DNA from: an uncultured Thermococci archaeon | GTDB lineage: Archaea > Methanobacteriota_B > Thermococci > Methanofastidiosales > B48-G16 | Assembly (NCBI GenBank): GCA_964595645.1 | Contig: CAZQQT010000003.1 | Span: 1-64,000 of the forward strand | Direction of reading: 5' to 3' | Length of the DNA: 64,000 nucleotides | In this document: piece by piece, positions 1 through 8,908 of the stretch | Numbering within the stretch: the stretch's first letter is position 1 | Layout: every line of letters begins with the position of its first letter | Translations under genes and position numbers: made by a program | Notes under the pieces: generated by a model | What the model was told of the DNA's origin: nothing | The model's database searches: none | The model's input: the letters and a program-made list of their open reading frames with translations, nothing else

Positions 1-302
1 TTCTGGTTGGTTCTTATAGGTTTATAAACTTATCGGTCAAATGGTTCCAAAGCCGATTGATGTTATATTGAAAGGACAATTTTTTTATAAATGGAATTCC
101 CAAACACTACATGAGAGACATGAATGATGATCTTAGTCTAGATGAATGGGAAGATATTTTTCAGAAAATTGCGAATCCCTCTATGGATCCTTGATTCAGA
201 TTATAACATCTTAAAAATTAACAGAGCAGCAGTTGACGTTATAGAAATCCGGTGAATCTAGGACATGATTTGTCTACTATCTATATCTCTTCTTTTTTAT
301 CC

Positions 303-890
303 TTACTGTGAGACATACGGGTTATTTTCGATAAAAAATCTCCACTTTTTGTGTTTGTACTCTTCTGCATAATCGATGTTTATCCTCGTTGACGATTTGA
401 TTGTGTATTTTTGTGAATTATCTAAAATATACAAGTTATTTTTCTTGCCAAGCCTTTTCCCATTCAATTGCACATCAATTTTTAGGGCCTCACAGAGCTT
501 GCCAGGACCATTGTTTAATTCAACATCATTGTGTATCTTTTTCTTCCTATTTTGTTTCAGGTATTCTACGTTATTTAACGGTTCAACAGCTCGTATTAAG
601 ACTGCTTCTGGTTTTCCTTTTTTGTTCGCAACGATGTTTAGACAATGGTACATTCCATAAATCAAGTATACGTACATATGGCCGCCTTCATAGAACATAG
701 GTTTTGTTCTTTTCGTTTTTTTGTTGTTGTATGCGTGACACCCTTTATCTTTTGGTCCGATATACGCTTCAGTTTCCACGATTTTTGTTTCGATCACATG
801 TTTATCAACATTTCTCACGAGAGTCTTCCCCACTAACGCTCTACTGAGTGATACCCCGTCCTGTTGATAGAATTGCTTTGGTAACATCAT
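303..890 (-). CDS. DNA-3-methyladenine glycosylase (MPG/AAG family)
   Basis: 195-aa ORF. Segments ETEAYIGPKDKGCHAY and GGHMYVYLIYGMYHCLNIV are characteristic of the 3-methyladenine DNA glycosylase (MPG) family. Confidence 0.75.
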   Translation of the reverse strand: MMLPKQFYQQDGVSLSRALVGKTLVRNVDKHVIETKIVETEAYIGPKDKGCHAYNNKKTKRTKPMFYEGGHMYVYLIYGMYHCLNIVANKKGKPEAVLIRAVEPLNNVEYLKQNRKKKIHNDVELNNGPGKLCEALKIDVQLNGKRLGKKNNLYILDNSQKYTIKSSTRINIDYAEEYKHKKWRFFIENNPYVSQ

Positions 891-908
891 ACCTCTCCGT
901 TCATACGG

Positions 909-1103
909 TTACTTCTCTTTTTTCCTCTCCTTCACTATCATATAAATATAAGGTGGTACTCCCGCCGCGACTAAAGGTGCTCCCACCTGTATCCACACAG
1001 ATTCGTCGGCATATACTCCAACGGCAATGAGTAGCCAGCCAAATATCATCGTTACTATGCAAATACCTTTATATATTGCCCTTTTCGACTTTTCGTTCGC
1101 CAT
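909..1103 (-). CDS. small membrane protein (2 predicted TM helices)
   Basis: 64-aa ORF immediately upstream of the glycosylase gene on the same strand (19-nt gap). It has two hydrophobic stretches. No recognisable family. Confidence 0.35.
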   Translation of the reverse strand: MANEKSKRAIYKGICIVTMIFGWLLIAVGVYADESVWIQVGAPLVAAGVPPYIYMIVKERKKEK

Positions 1104-1290
1104 ATACCGGAGTATTCTTCAAGAATTATAAATAGTTTAGGGGCACGTTTGCAGCGATCTTTTACCCGATCGAGTAGGCTGCTCGTTCATGGGACCTACT
1201 AATTTTCAACGCTTTTGATGATCCCCCACTTTCTCTGGATTGCGAGATAAGACGATGAATTTTACTTTAAAAAATAAATGGGGTGTAGGG

Positions 1291-1530
1291 AAGTAACTGT
1301 AACAACATAGTACACTTCCATGGGGATTTATCACACAAACAAGACACTGAGAAATTTGTAAGCGTATTAGCAGGGTAAAGGCCCAAAATATGCGATTTTC
1401 ACATACTTATTTTTTATGTATTTTATGAGTGTTAGTTAAATCGTAAATAGAGCCATTTTTATCCTGTAGATCTCACCACTTTTCTCTACGGCGATCGGAT
1501 CTTAATTACTATGAATTGTAGTAATTTCTT
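1291..1530 (+). repeat. IR-A copy 1: ~240-bp noncoding element; inverted copy at 61708..61950
   Basis: By-eye alignment to the reverse complement of 61708..61950 gives about 80% identity, with blocks identical over 20-30 nt (aagtaactgtaacaacatagtac; gcgattttcacatactt; gtattttatgagtgttagttaaatcgtaaata; cctgtagatctcac). Both copies end in a hairpin, aattacta-N7-tagtaatt, with different loops. No ORF lies in it. Confidence 0.7.
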
Positions 1531-1600
1531 AAAGATAAGCTTCACAAAGTCCATGAAACCTTAAGAAAAATAAGAGCGTTGAATAAGCTATTAGAAAAGA

Positions 1601-1807
1601 AAAAACTATTTATAGAATGAAAAGAATAGTATAACGATCAGGATGAGTAAAAAAGAGGAAGAAGGCATACGAGAGTTATACACATATCTTACTGACAACA
1701 AAGATAAGATGAGTGAGGAAGAGTACAGGGAGTTACAGGCGGATCTAAAAAAGACATTACTCCATGCACATAAAGAGAATAACATCTCAGATGAGTTTTT
1801 TGAAGAA
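1601..1807 (+). repeat. IR-B copy 1: 5' region plus first ~55 codons of the 1643..2500 gene; inverted copy at 56078..56283
   Basis: Near-identical DNA (about 95% by eye) from about 42 nt upstream of the ATG (aaaactatttatagaatgaaaagaatagtataacgatcaggATG) through codon ~55, ending at gatgagttttttgaaga. Confidence 0.8.
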
Positions 1808-2500
1808 TATCATGGAAAGCTAAAGAAGTTGGAAGAGAAAACGGAAATAAAAATCTGTCCACAGTGTTGGCATGATAATAAGCGAGATTCTGTGTATTGT
1901 GAAAACTGTGGATACAAGTTTGAAGAAATAAAAGAGGAGAATAAAAGGATCTCTTTGAAAAAAATCCTTCCTGTGGCCACCATTATAGTACTTATAGGGG
2001 TAGCGCTATACTTTACGTTACCTTGGGGCGAGACTCCCGAAACAACAATACCAACGACCACAGCACCTACCACCACATCAGTATCAATATGGACGACAGC
2101 TCCAACAACACCCGCCATTACGACTGCAAAGCATGATGATTTAGCATTCGTAAACTGGATGGACAGGATAAGTAGTCCGATAATAGCAGATCTTGAAAAT
2201 ATAAGTTACGCAGCAAACATGGAAAGTTTTAATTTACTGAATGAGTACGGCCTTGATCTGTATAATGATTGTAGCGATGCTTTGGATGAGATCGATGAAT
2301 ATGATGTATCACCAAAGTTAGGACCGGTACAACGAGAGTTTAGATTGGCTCTTTTAAATTATAAAAATGCTGGTGCAATATTGGCCGATGTGGGACCATA
2401 TGACACTAAAAAAATGGAAAGGGCTACAGACTACATGGAAACTGGAATGACACATATCAATGTAGCAAATGAATATATTGAAGAACATTATGAAGGGTAG
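1643..2500 (+). CDS. zinc-ribbon / single-TM / Thr-Pro-stalk surface protein (family member 1, carries the N-terminal module)
   Basis: 285 aa. N-terminal ~60-aa module MSKKEEEGIRELYTYLTDNKDK..., zinc ribbon CPQCW-x11-CENCGY, TM helice ILPVATIIVLIGVALYF, stalk TTIPTTTAPTTTSVSIWTTAPTTPAITT, then a C-terminal ~130-aa domain. Confidence 0.7.
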   Translation: MSKKEEEGIRELYTYLTDNKDKMSEEEYRELQADLKKTLLHAHKENNISDEFFEEYHGKLKKLEEKTEIKICPQCWHDNKRDSVYCENCGYKFEEIKEENKRISLKKILPVATIIVLIGVALYFTLPWGETPETTIPTTTAPTTTSVSIWTTAPTTPAITTAKHDDLAFVNWMDRISSPIIADLENISYAANMESFNLLNEYGLDLYNDCSDALDEIDEYDVSPKLGPVQREFRLALLNYKNAGAILADVGPYDTKKMERATDYMETGMTHINVANEYIEEHYEG

Positions 2501-2575
2501 AAATAAAAGAAATTCCCTCTAACTATTCGTTTAAACTCCCAAATCTATATAAAGACGAACTTTAAAAAACATATC

Positions 2576-2767
2576 ATGGCTGAAAAATATTGTAGGAACT
2601 GTAAGCAGATGGTGACTCCCACACAGGGAACAAACCTGATTGTGTTCATCATTTTGCTTTTCTTCTTTCTTGTTCCTGCATTTATTTACCTTTTTTGGGC
2701 GGAAGGAAAGGCAGGAAAATGTCCGATCTGTGGGAGTAAAAATTGGGGAACACCACCAAAAGAGTAA
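2576..2767 (+). CDS. small zinc-ribbon membrane protein
   Basis: 63 aa. CRNC ... CPICG pairs flank a TM helix (LIVFIILLFFFLVPAFIYLFW). Confidence 0.45.
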   Translation: MAEKYCRNCKQMVTPTQGTNLIVFIILLFFFLVPAFIYLFWAEGKAGKCPICGSKNWGTPPKE

Positions 2768-2906
2768 CATCATGCAGTGTAGAAACTCAAGAATGCGCAA
2801 AATCAAAAGCTTTATTAAGGATCATATTCATAGTAACATGGAGATAGAGGGTATTTTCTAAAATAGAAACTTTAAAAAATCGTAAGAACTGAACCGAGGG
2901 TAAATA

Positions 2907-2991
2907 TGCGGGGGAGGGGATTCGAACCCCCGAACTCCTACGAGAATGGATCTTGAGTCCATCGCCTTTAACCTGGCTCGGCAACCCCCGC
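2907..2991 (-). tRNA. tRNA-Leu (anticodon CAA)
   Basis: Reverse complement reads GCGGGGGTTGCCGAGCCAGGTTAAAGGCGATGGACTCAAGATCCATTCTCGTAGGAGTTCGGGGGTTCGAATCCCCTCCCCCGC. It has a 7-bp acceptor stem, anticodon stem ATGGA/TCCAT with loop CTCAAGA (anticodon CAA), a long variable arm and a GTTCGAATC T-loop. No CCA is encoded. Confidence 0.85.
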
Positions 2992-3071
2992 AGGGGATAG
3001 TATTAGTGTGTATGCAGAGTTAAAAAATCTTGCGTTGTGAAAATGGATAAATAAAAAAGAGAAATATAACC

Positions 3072-4289
3072 TTACACCGCAGTGTACGTGGCAGTCGTGG
3101 TAGTGTTTGCTGCTGTAACGGTGATGGTGTACGAGGCTTCGGGGGTAATATCAGGAACGCTGACTGTGATATGGCCTTCGTGGTAAAACGTAGTCTCTCC
3201 ACCGAGGAACATCGCATCTCCAGATTCTGTGACGAGTTGGTTTACTATCGTGTGGTGTGAGCTGTTTTTGATCACCACTCGTACCTCAGATGTAGAAGTA
3301 TTACTGCCCACATCCATCGTGCCGTTCCCGTTATCCGTGACAAGGGTGTATCCTGTGTTGTTGTAGATCATGATATAAAATTTCTTGTCATCATTTGTAA
3401 CGTTCACTATGTGGAGTTCACCTGAGACCTGTTCTTCAGATGTTTCTCCACCGTAAGTAGACATAAAGTCCTCCCAGTCCTTTGCGAACTTCGCATCTTC
3501 CGGCATATCGATAACTACCTCTGCGTTGTAGCTTGACATGGAGGTAGTCAGCGTGAGCGTTCCATCTGTAGTTGCACCCTGCGCACCAGGGATCTCTGTC
3601 ATCTCGAGGTCCATAGTGACAACGGACTTGACGATCCGATGCGTCGTTTTTGAGATCCAGTACTCGACCGTATAGTCCTTTATCGACTTCTCAAGCTGCG
3701 CAATGTTGAGCTGTCCCTCCGCTGTACCGAGCTGTTGAGAGATCGTCTGTGTTTCCTTGTACATCTTCAGCAGCTGACTCAGTGTGGACTGGAGGGTGAG
3801 ATGATAGGCATCCTTTCCGTCCAGTGTTGTTTCCTCCAGCATGAGGATTTCAGCCGATGTAAGGAGGTCCTCGAGTGCCTTCGTTTGATTCAGCGCCGAT
3901 GCATCCTCCAGCTCTTTTTTGTACCAGTCGCCGAGCATTTTCATGTAGAATGTATTCCCTTCAATGTACGTCTCGCCGTCAAGCGTATAGTTCATATCGG
4001 TGTCTTTGACGTTCACGTTCATAGAGAAATCGCTTTTTTGCTTGGCGTGCTGTTCATCCACGGCACTATCCATCTTCATTACCATCGTCATCGAGGTTTC
4101 CTCTCCCTGCATTTGCATGGTCATATCCATCTGCATGTGTGTCTGGATTTTGTATGTCGTTACTGTGGTATACGCATCAGCAACATGCTGCCCTATATTC
4201 TCTTTGGTAATTTCATCTTGTTCCTCCTGACACATCGTTGTGCATACGAGGATCCCGATGAGCATCCCCACCAGCAGTATTTTTTTCAT
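3072..4289 (-). CDS. secreted or surface-anchored protein (signal peptide, Thr-rich C-terminus)
   Basis: 405 aa. N-terminal MKKILLVGMLIGILVCTTMCQ signal or lipobox-like segment; C-terminus TVTAANTTTTATYTAV. No catalytic motif seen. Confidence 0.6.
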   Translation of the reverse strand: MKKILLVGMLIGILVCTTMCQEEQDEITKENIGQHVADAYTTVTTYKIQTHMQMDMTMQMQGEETSMTMVMKMDSAVDEQHAKQKSDFSMNVNVKDTDMNYTLDGETYIEGNTFYMKMLGDWYKKELEDASALNQTKALEDLLTSAEILMLEETTLDGKDAYHLTLQSTLSQLLKMYKETQTISQQLGTAEGQLNIAQLEKSIKDYTVEYWISKTTHRIVKSVVTMDLEMTEIPGAQGATTDGTLTLTTSMSSYNAEVVIDMPEDAKFAKDWEDFMSTYGGETSEEQVSGELHIVNVTNDDKKFYIMIYNNTGYTLVTDNGNGTMDVGSNTSTSEVRVVIKNSSHHTIVNQLVTESGDAMFLGGETTFYHEGHITVSVPDITPEASYTITVTAANTTTTATYTAV

Positions 4290-4309
4290 GACAACCTCTT
4301 TTTACTTAT

Positions 4310-5650
4310 TCACTCTGGAGGAGCTTTGATGAATCCCTCTTTCATGAGGAATTTTGTCTCGTCCCGGGCTCGCTTAATGATTTCCTCAGCGGATTCGAGG
4401 AGTTCCTGTCGTGACTTTTTGACCCGTGCGACACCGTCTTTTACCGCCTGGCGGCCTACGGCCGCAGCTTCTCGTGGGAAAACCTCCCATTCATCCATAG
4501 TGGGTACGATGTACTCTTCTGTCAACCCGTTATCTTCCGCCGTTTTGGCGAGTTCTTCTGCAGCCGCGATACACATCTCATCTGTGATTGTTCTTGCCTT
4601 TACATCTAGTGTCCCTCTGAATATTCCGGGGAATCCGAGAGAGTTGTTTATCTGATTGGGGAAGTCTGACCGTCCCGTGGCCACAACACGTGCACCGGCT
4701 TCTTTTGCCTCCCACGGCCAGATCTCCGGCACGGGGTTGGCAGTGGCAAACACGATGGCATCATCGGCCATTTCTGCAACCTCTTCTTTTGTAATTACAC
4801 CGGGACCGGGTTTCGATGCAGCGATAACGATATCAGCACCTTTCAACGCTTCTTTCGTGTCACCTTCTCTGTCCTCCTTGTTCGCATTCACGCACATGTC
4901 CCATTTGTAGGGATTGACATCTTTTTTCGCTTCGAGATCTTTTCGATGCGAGTTAAGAATTCCAGTGGAGTCCACCATGATAATGTTTCCTTTTTTTGCG
5001 CCTGCCTTTGTGAGAACTCGCGAGATTGCGATGTTTGCTGCTCCAGCACCCACCATCGCAATTGATGCCTCACTCATCTTTTTTCCAACGAGTTTTAGCG
5101 CGTTGATCGCACCGGCAACCTCAATCGCCGCAGTCCCCTGCTGATCATCATGCCAGACGGGAATATCCATCTCTTCCCGCAGTCTATCGAGAATGTAGAA
5201 ACACTTCGGTTTCGCGATGTCCTCAAGGTTGATCCCGCCAAATGATGGCTTGAGGAGTTTCACCGTTTCAATAAACTTGTCGGGGTCCTTGGTGTCCAGA
5301 CATATGGGGAAGGCATCGACTCCTCCAAGATACTTAAACAGAAGCGCTTTTCCTTCCATCACAGGGAGTCCCGCTTCAGGTCCAATATCACCGAGGCCGA
5401 GCACTCTCGTCCCATCTGAGACGACGGCAACAGTATTCCATCTATTCGTGTACTCAAATGATTTTTCTTTATCTTCGGCAATTTTTTTACACGGTTCTGC
5501 AACGCCAGGAGTGTACCATATCGCAAAATCATCAAAATCTCGAATCGTACATTTGGCTGTAATCTCTATCTTCCCCTTGTAGAAGGGATGCAGTTTCATG
5601 GCGTCCTTTCCAGGCTTCTCAGCCTTCTTCAAAAGATCTTCTTTCTTCAT
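4310..5650 (-). CDS. NAD(P)-dependent malic enzyme
   Basis: 446 aa. Malic-enzyme N-terminal domain (FAIWYTPGVAEPC, VVSDGTRVLGLGDIGPEAGLPVMEGK) and NAD(P)-binding domain (MVGAGAANIAISRVL). Confidence 0.9.
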   Translation of the reverse strand: MKKEDLLKKAEKPGKDAMKLHPFYKGKIEITAKCTIRDFDDFAIWYTPGVAEPCKKIAEDKEKSFEYTNRWNTVAVVSDGTRVLGLGDIGPEAGLPVMEGKALLFKYLGGVDAFPICLDTKDPDKFIETVKLLKPSFGGINLEDIAKPKCFYILDRLREEMDIPVWHDDQQGTAAIEVAGAINALKLVGKKMSEASIAMVGAGAANIAISRVLTKAGAKKGNIIMVDSTGILNSHRKDLEAKKDVNPYKWDMCVNANKEDREGDTKEALKGADIVIAASKPGPGVITKEEVAEMADDAIVFATANPVPEIWPWEAKEAGARVVATGRSDFPNQINNSLGFPGIFRGTLDVKARTITDEMCIAAAEELAKTAEDNGLTEEYIVPTMDEWEVFPREAAAVGRQAVKDGVARVKKSRQELLESAEEIIKRARDETKFLMKEGFIKAPPE

Positions 5651-5724
5651 GCATTGTGTTCTGATCAGATATTAAAAAACCTTTGTTAGTTACTTTTTAA
5701 TATACAAAAACACAACTAAGAGTA

Positions 5725-7326
5725 ATGACAAAACTGCAGGAAAAACGAATGCTTCTGGACAAGTATTTCAAGGTAAATAAAAAAACAGAGCATCTACTAA
5801 GGAAACGATTAAATTTAGGATTGAACTTGAATAATATTCGGCATGTAACAGATGAAGAACTCTCTGACCTTTTTTCTATCTTAAAAGAATATAAAAAGCC
5901 TGAAGATACCTTTTATGGTAATTACTATACTGTAGAGGATGGGGATCTCAGTGTAACGTCTTCATGGGATGATATGAGGGAAAAGCTCCTTGAATGTCTA
6001 TACAGTGAAGAAGGAGATAAAGCATATAAAATCCTGAAGATGTTAGAGAAAAAAACGGAGTATGCTCGCATAAAGACAGAAGTGTTCAACTGTCGAACGG
6101 CACTGGACATGCTCCTTGGACGGGATATCATAAAGAAGGAAATTTCTCAGGGAAGAACAGTCTACTATGTACGTGAGGAGATTAAGCCGCTTGTGAAACA
6201 AACGTTGAACCGTGTAAATCTCACAGAAAAGACAAAAATAAAGTCTAAACTGGCAAAAGAGGAATTGTCAGAGATGAGAAGAATGGATAGGAGATTTGAG
6301 GGGCATCTCTCAAGTATTTCAGACTATGACGGTGTTGATCTCGATTTTCTTCTGACATATCTAAAAGAAAGCTTTGGAAAGCTTTATTTTGACATTTTTT
6401 TGAGTATCGTACAGCAATACTCTCTCACCGATGTGGACATTGTTAACGCCTCCCATGAAACTGTAATAAAAACGGGATTCAACCTGGCGTTCTTCGGCGA
6501 TCCGGGAACAGGAAAAACTTTTGCCATCGATACGATCATTCGAGGAGATGAGAGAAAGAATATTCCACCTCACGGACTCCCCGGAAGGAACAGGTACTGC
6601 GGTGGCATGACGGCGGCGCGGTTTATCCGGATCGGTGAAGCCTACCAGAACAGGAAATTCAATTTTATCATCCCTGAGTTCAATGATTGGTTTAAGTATC
6701 GGGGGATGGTGGAGCCGCTGAAACTGGCCATGGAACAGAAGGAGATCAAGTACGAGATAAAAAACGAGGTCGTCGGTCCGTACCGGTTTGAATCGTTTTT
6801 TGCCGTGAACTACAACACGAAGGTCTCTGAGAAAGGGTACAAAACAACGGTACAGGATCCAAACTTCAACGCAATTGAGGACAGAATGCTTTGCAGACTC
6901 CACAGACTCACACAGGAACGGTACAGAGCGATTGCGGAGAGTCAGAAAAATCTGGCACTGGGAAGAATAGACCTCTCAAAAAGTCAACAGATACGGGATC
7001 ATCTCACCTACGTGTATGCGTGCGGTCAGGGCTATAAAGAATTTTACAAGCCGGTGCTTCTTGAAGAACGAGTGTATAAAGGGATAGAGAAGCTACGGGA
7101 TAAGATTCTCGATGAGGTGGATGATATATCCTTCTCACCTCGACTTGAGAGCAGAGCAATTCAGCTGGCGTGTTCAATCTCGCTGCTGAACTACATGGAG
7201 TACGACTCCGTGGTGGAAATCGATGAGAAGGCGCTGGATTTAGCGCTTCGATTCCTACTGGAAGAGGTGTGGATACGGAGCGGTGAGTCCTTCGATCTCA
7301 CGACATTCTCTGAGTATCTTGTGTGA
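5725..7326 (+). CDS. P-loop NTPase domain protein, function unknown
   Basis: 533 aa. Walker A FFGDPGTGKTF, candidate Walker B FNFIIPEFND, long N-terminal alpha-helical region. Not assignable by eye. Confidence 0.55.
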   Translation: MTKLQEKRMLLDKYFKVNKKTEHLLRKRLNLGLNLNNIRHVTDEELSDLFSILKEYKKPEDTFYGNYYTVEDGDLSVTSSWDDMREKLLECLYSEEGDKAYKILKMLEKKTEYARIKTEVFNCRTALDMLLGRDIIKKEISQGRTVYYVREEIKPLVKQTLNRVNLTEKTKIKSKLAKEELSEMRRMDRRFEGHLSSISDYDGVDLDFLLTYLKESFGKLYFDIFLSIVQQYSLTDVDIVNASHETVIKTGFNLAFFGDPGTGKTFAIDTIIRGDERKNIPPHGLPGRNRYCGGMTAARFIRIGEAYQNRKFNFIIPEFNDWFKYRGMVEPLKLAMEQKEIKYEIKNEVVGPYRFESFFAVNYNTKVSEKGYKTTVQDPNFNAIEDRMLCRLHRLTQERYRAIAESQKNLALGRIDLSKSQQIRDHLTYVYACGQGYKEFYKPVLLEERVYKGIEKLRDKILDEVDDISFSPRLESRAIQLACSISLLNYMEYDSVVEIDEKALDLALRFLLEEVWIRSGESFDLTTFSEYLV

Positions 7327-8568
7327 TCATCTGACTACTAGGTCTTTTGCTACTTTTTCCGCTTTTTCCACTATTTTTTCCTCGTTGAGTGTAAGTATTT
7401 TCCTATTCTTCATGATGAATTTTCCATCCACCATTACGTCCTTTATACTCTCTGGATTCATCGCATACACTATATTTGAGAGGAGATTGTGGTGTGGATT
7501 CATGGCGGCTGAACCGAGATCGACAAATATGAGATCGGCTAGGTACCCTTCCTCTATTTTTCCGACAGGAAGATTCAGTGCCTTTCCACCGTTTTCTGTG
7601 GCGATTTTAAAGGAAGTTTCTGCATTGAGGTTTCGGGGATCCTTCAGTTTATGGATTAATGCCATTGTCTTCAGATCGTCCCACATATCGAGTGAGTTGT
7701 TGGAGGCCGCACCATCTGTACCCAGTGATACTGTCATATTGTTCTCCAATAGCTGAGGAATAGGAGCAATACCCGAGGAAAGCTTGAGATTTGAGACGGG
7801 ATTATGCGAGATTTTCACGTTCTTTTTTTTGAGGATTTGGATTTCTTTGTCTGTGAGGAGGACTGTATGTGCGGCTAGGACGTTCTCACCCAAGAAATCT
7901 TCGAGGTACTCCACAGGACGCATTCCATGCTTTTCGTTGATGTCTTCTACCTCTCCCTTCGTTTCAGAGATATGAATGTGTATCTGCTTGTTGTATTTCT
8001 CTGCGAGTTCTTTTATTTTCATTAAAAACCCCTTAGAACAGGTGTACGGAGCGTGAGGACCGAACATGAATTCTGTTCTCTCGTGATTCTCGCACACCTC
8101 CATGACGCGGAGCGTCTCCTCTATTTCTTCTTCCCACTTATCTGACTTCCCGAGTTCTATTGCTCCATGACTTAACACGCCCCGAATTCCTGACGCTTCA
8201 ACAGCATCCGCAACCCTATCCATAAAAAAGTACATATCGTTGAAACACGTCGTCCCACTCTTTATCATCTCAACCATACCCAGAAGACTCCCATAGTAGA
8301 CATCATTTCCTGTTAAACTAGACTCTGCGGGCCAGATGTACTCTTCGAGCCATGTGTTCAACGGCATATCGTCTGCATATCCTCGCAGTAATGTCATTGC
8401 AAGATGTGTGTGCGTGTTCACCAAGCCCGGCAGGATGAGCTTGTTCTCTGCGTCGTACTCTTCACCCCCCAGGTTCTTCCCTATTTTTACAATTTTGTTA
8501 CCGTCTACCTCGATATCTCTTTTGAGAATTTCTCCTTTGTAATACACAAGGCCGTTTCTGAGTATCAT
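7327..8568 (-). CDS. mtaD: amidohydrolase of the MTA/SAH (5'-deoxyadenosine) deaminase / chlorohydrolase family
   Basis: 413 aa. LPGLVNTHTHLAMTLLRGYADDMPLNTWLEEYIWPAE metal-binding signature and C-terminal HGM...D motifs typical of MtaD/DadD-type deaminases. Confidence 0.8.
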   Translation of the reverse strand: MILRNGLVYYKGEILKRDIEVDGNKIVKIGKNLGGEEYDAENKLILPGLVNTHTHLAMTLLRGYADDMPLNTWLEEYIWPAESSLTGNDVYYGSLLGMVEMIKSGTTCFNDMYFFMDRVADAVEASGIRGVLSHGAIELGKSDKWEEEIEETLRVMEVCENHERTEFMFGPHAPYTCSKGFLMKIKELAEKYNKQIHIHISETKGEVEDINEKHGMRPVEYLEDFLGENVLAAHTVLLTDKEIQILKKKNVKISHNPVSNLKLSSGIAPIPQLLENNMTVSLGTDGAASNNSLDMWDDLKTMALIHKLKDPRNLNAETSFKIATENGGKALNLPVGKIEEGYLADLIFVDLGSAAMNPHHNLLSNIVYAMNPESIKDVMVDGKFIMKNRKILTLNEEKIVEKAEKVAKDLVVR

Positions 8569-8647
8569 GCGTTTTGTAACAATGGAATTTATAAATAGGT
8601 TGGCGATCGTGTGGCTTTACAGGTTTACAAATGAAAAAGTATTTTAG

Positions 8648-8905
8648 GTGAAAATCGGAGAGTATAGTATGAACAATAACGCTCGATGGATGGAGACACT
8701 GAGTATAGTGGTGGTACTCCTTGGGTTCTTCGTTCTCGGTAGCGGGACAGGATTTTTCTCGAGGTTAGCCGCAGCTATTTCCCCTACAGCTCGTGTACCG
8801 CATCCAGAGATCAATATTACAGTTGTAGGAGCAGGAATTGCGTTCACTGCTATTGGGAGTGTACTATGGTTGCGTACACTTCATAAAAAAAGGAAAGAAA
8901 ATTAA
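8648..8905 (+). CDS. small membrane protein
   Basis: 85-aa ORF with two hydrophobic helices, intergenic between convergent genes. Start may be the internal Met at 8669. Confidence 0.3.
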   Translation: MKIGEYSMNNNARWMETLSIVVVLLGFFVLGSGTGFFSRLAAAISPTARVPHPEINITVVGAGIAFTAIGSVLWLRTLHKKRKEN

Positions 8906-8908
8906 AAA

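Noticed and set aside
1291-1530. IR-A copies as replication-origin ORB elements (both contain TTCCA-N-GG-like cores: cttccatgggga and cttccagggaga)
   Set aside because: The resemblance to the archaeal ORB consensus (TTCCAnnGGAAAC) is partial. The copies are 60 kb apart rather than flanking an AT-rich unwinding element, and no orc1/cdc6 gene is nearby. Kept only as a remote possibility.
3735-4655. 306-aa plus-strand ORF
   Set aside because: It lies antisense across the 3' end of the secreted-protein gene and the malic enzyme gene. It is His- and Cys-rich nonsense with no motif, so it was treated as a GC-shadow ORF.
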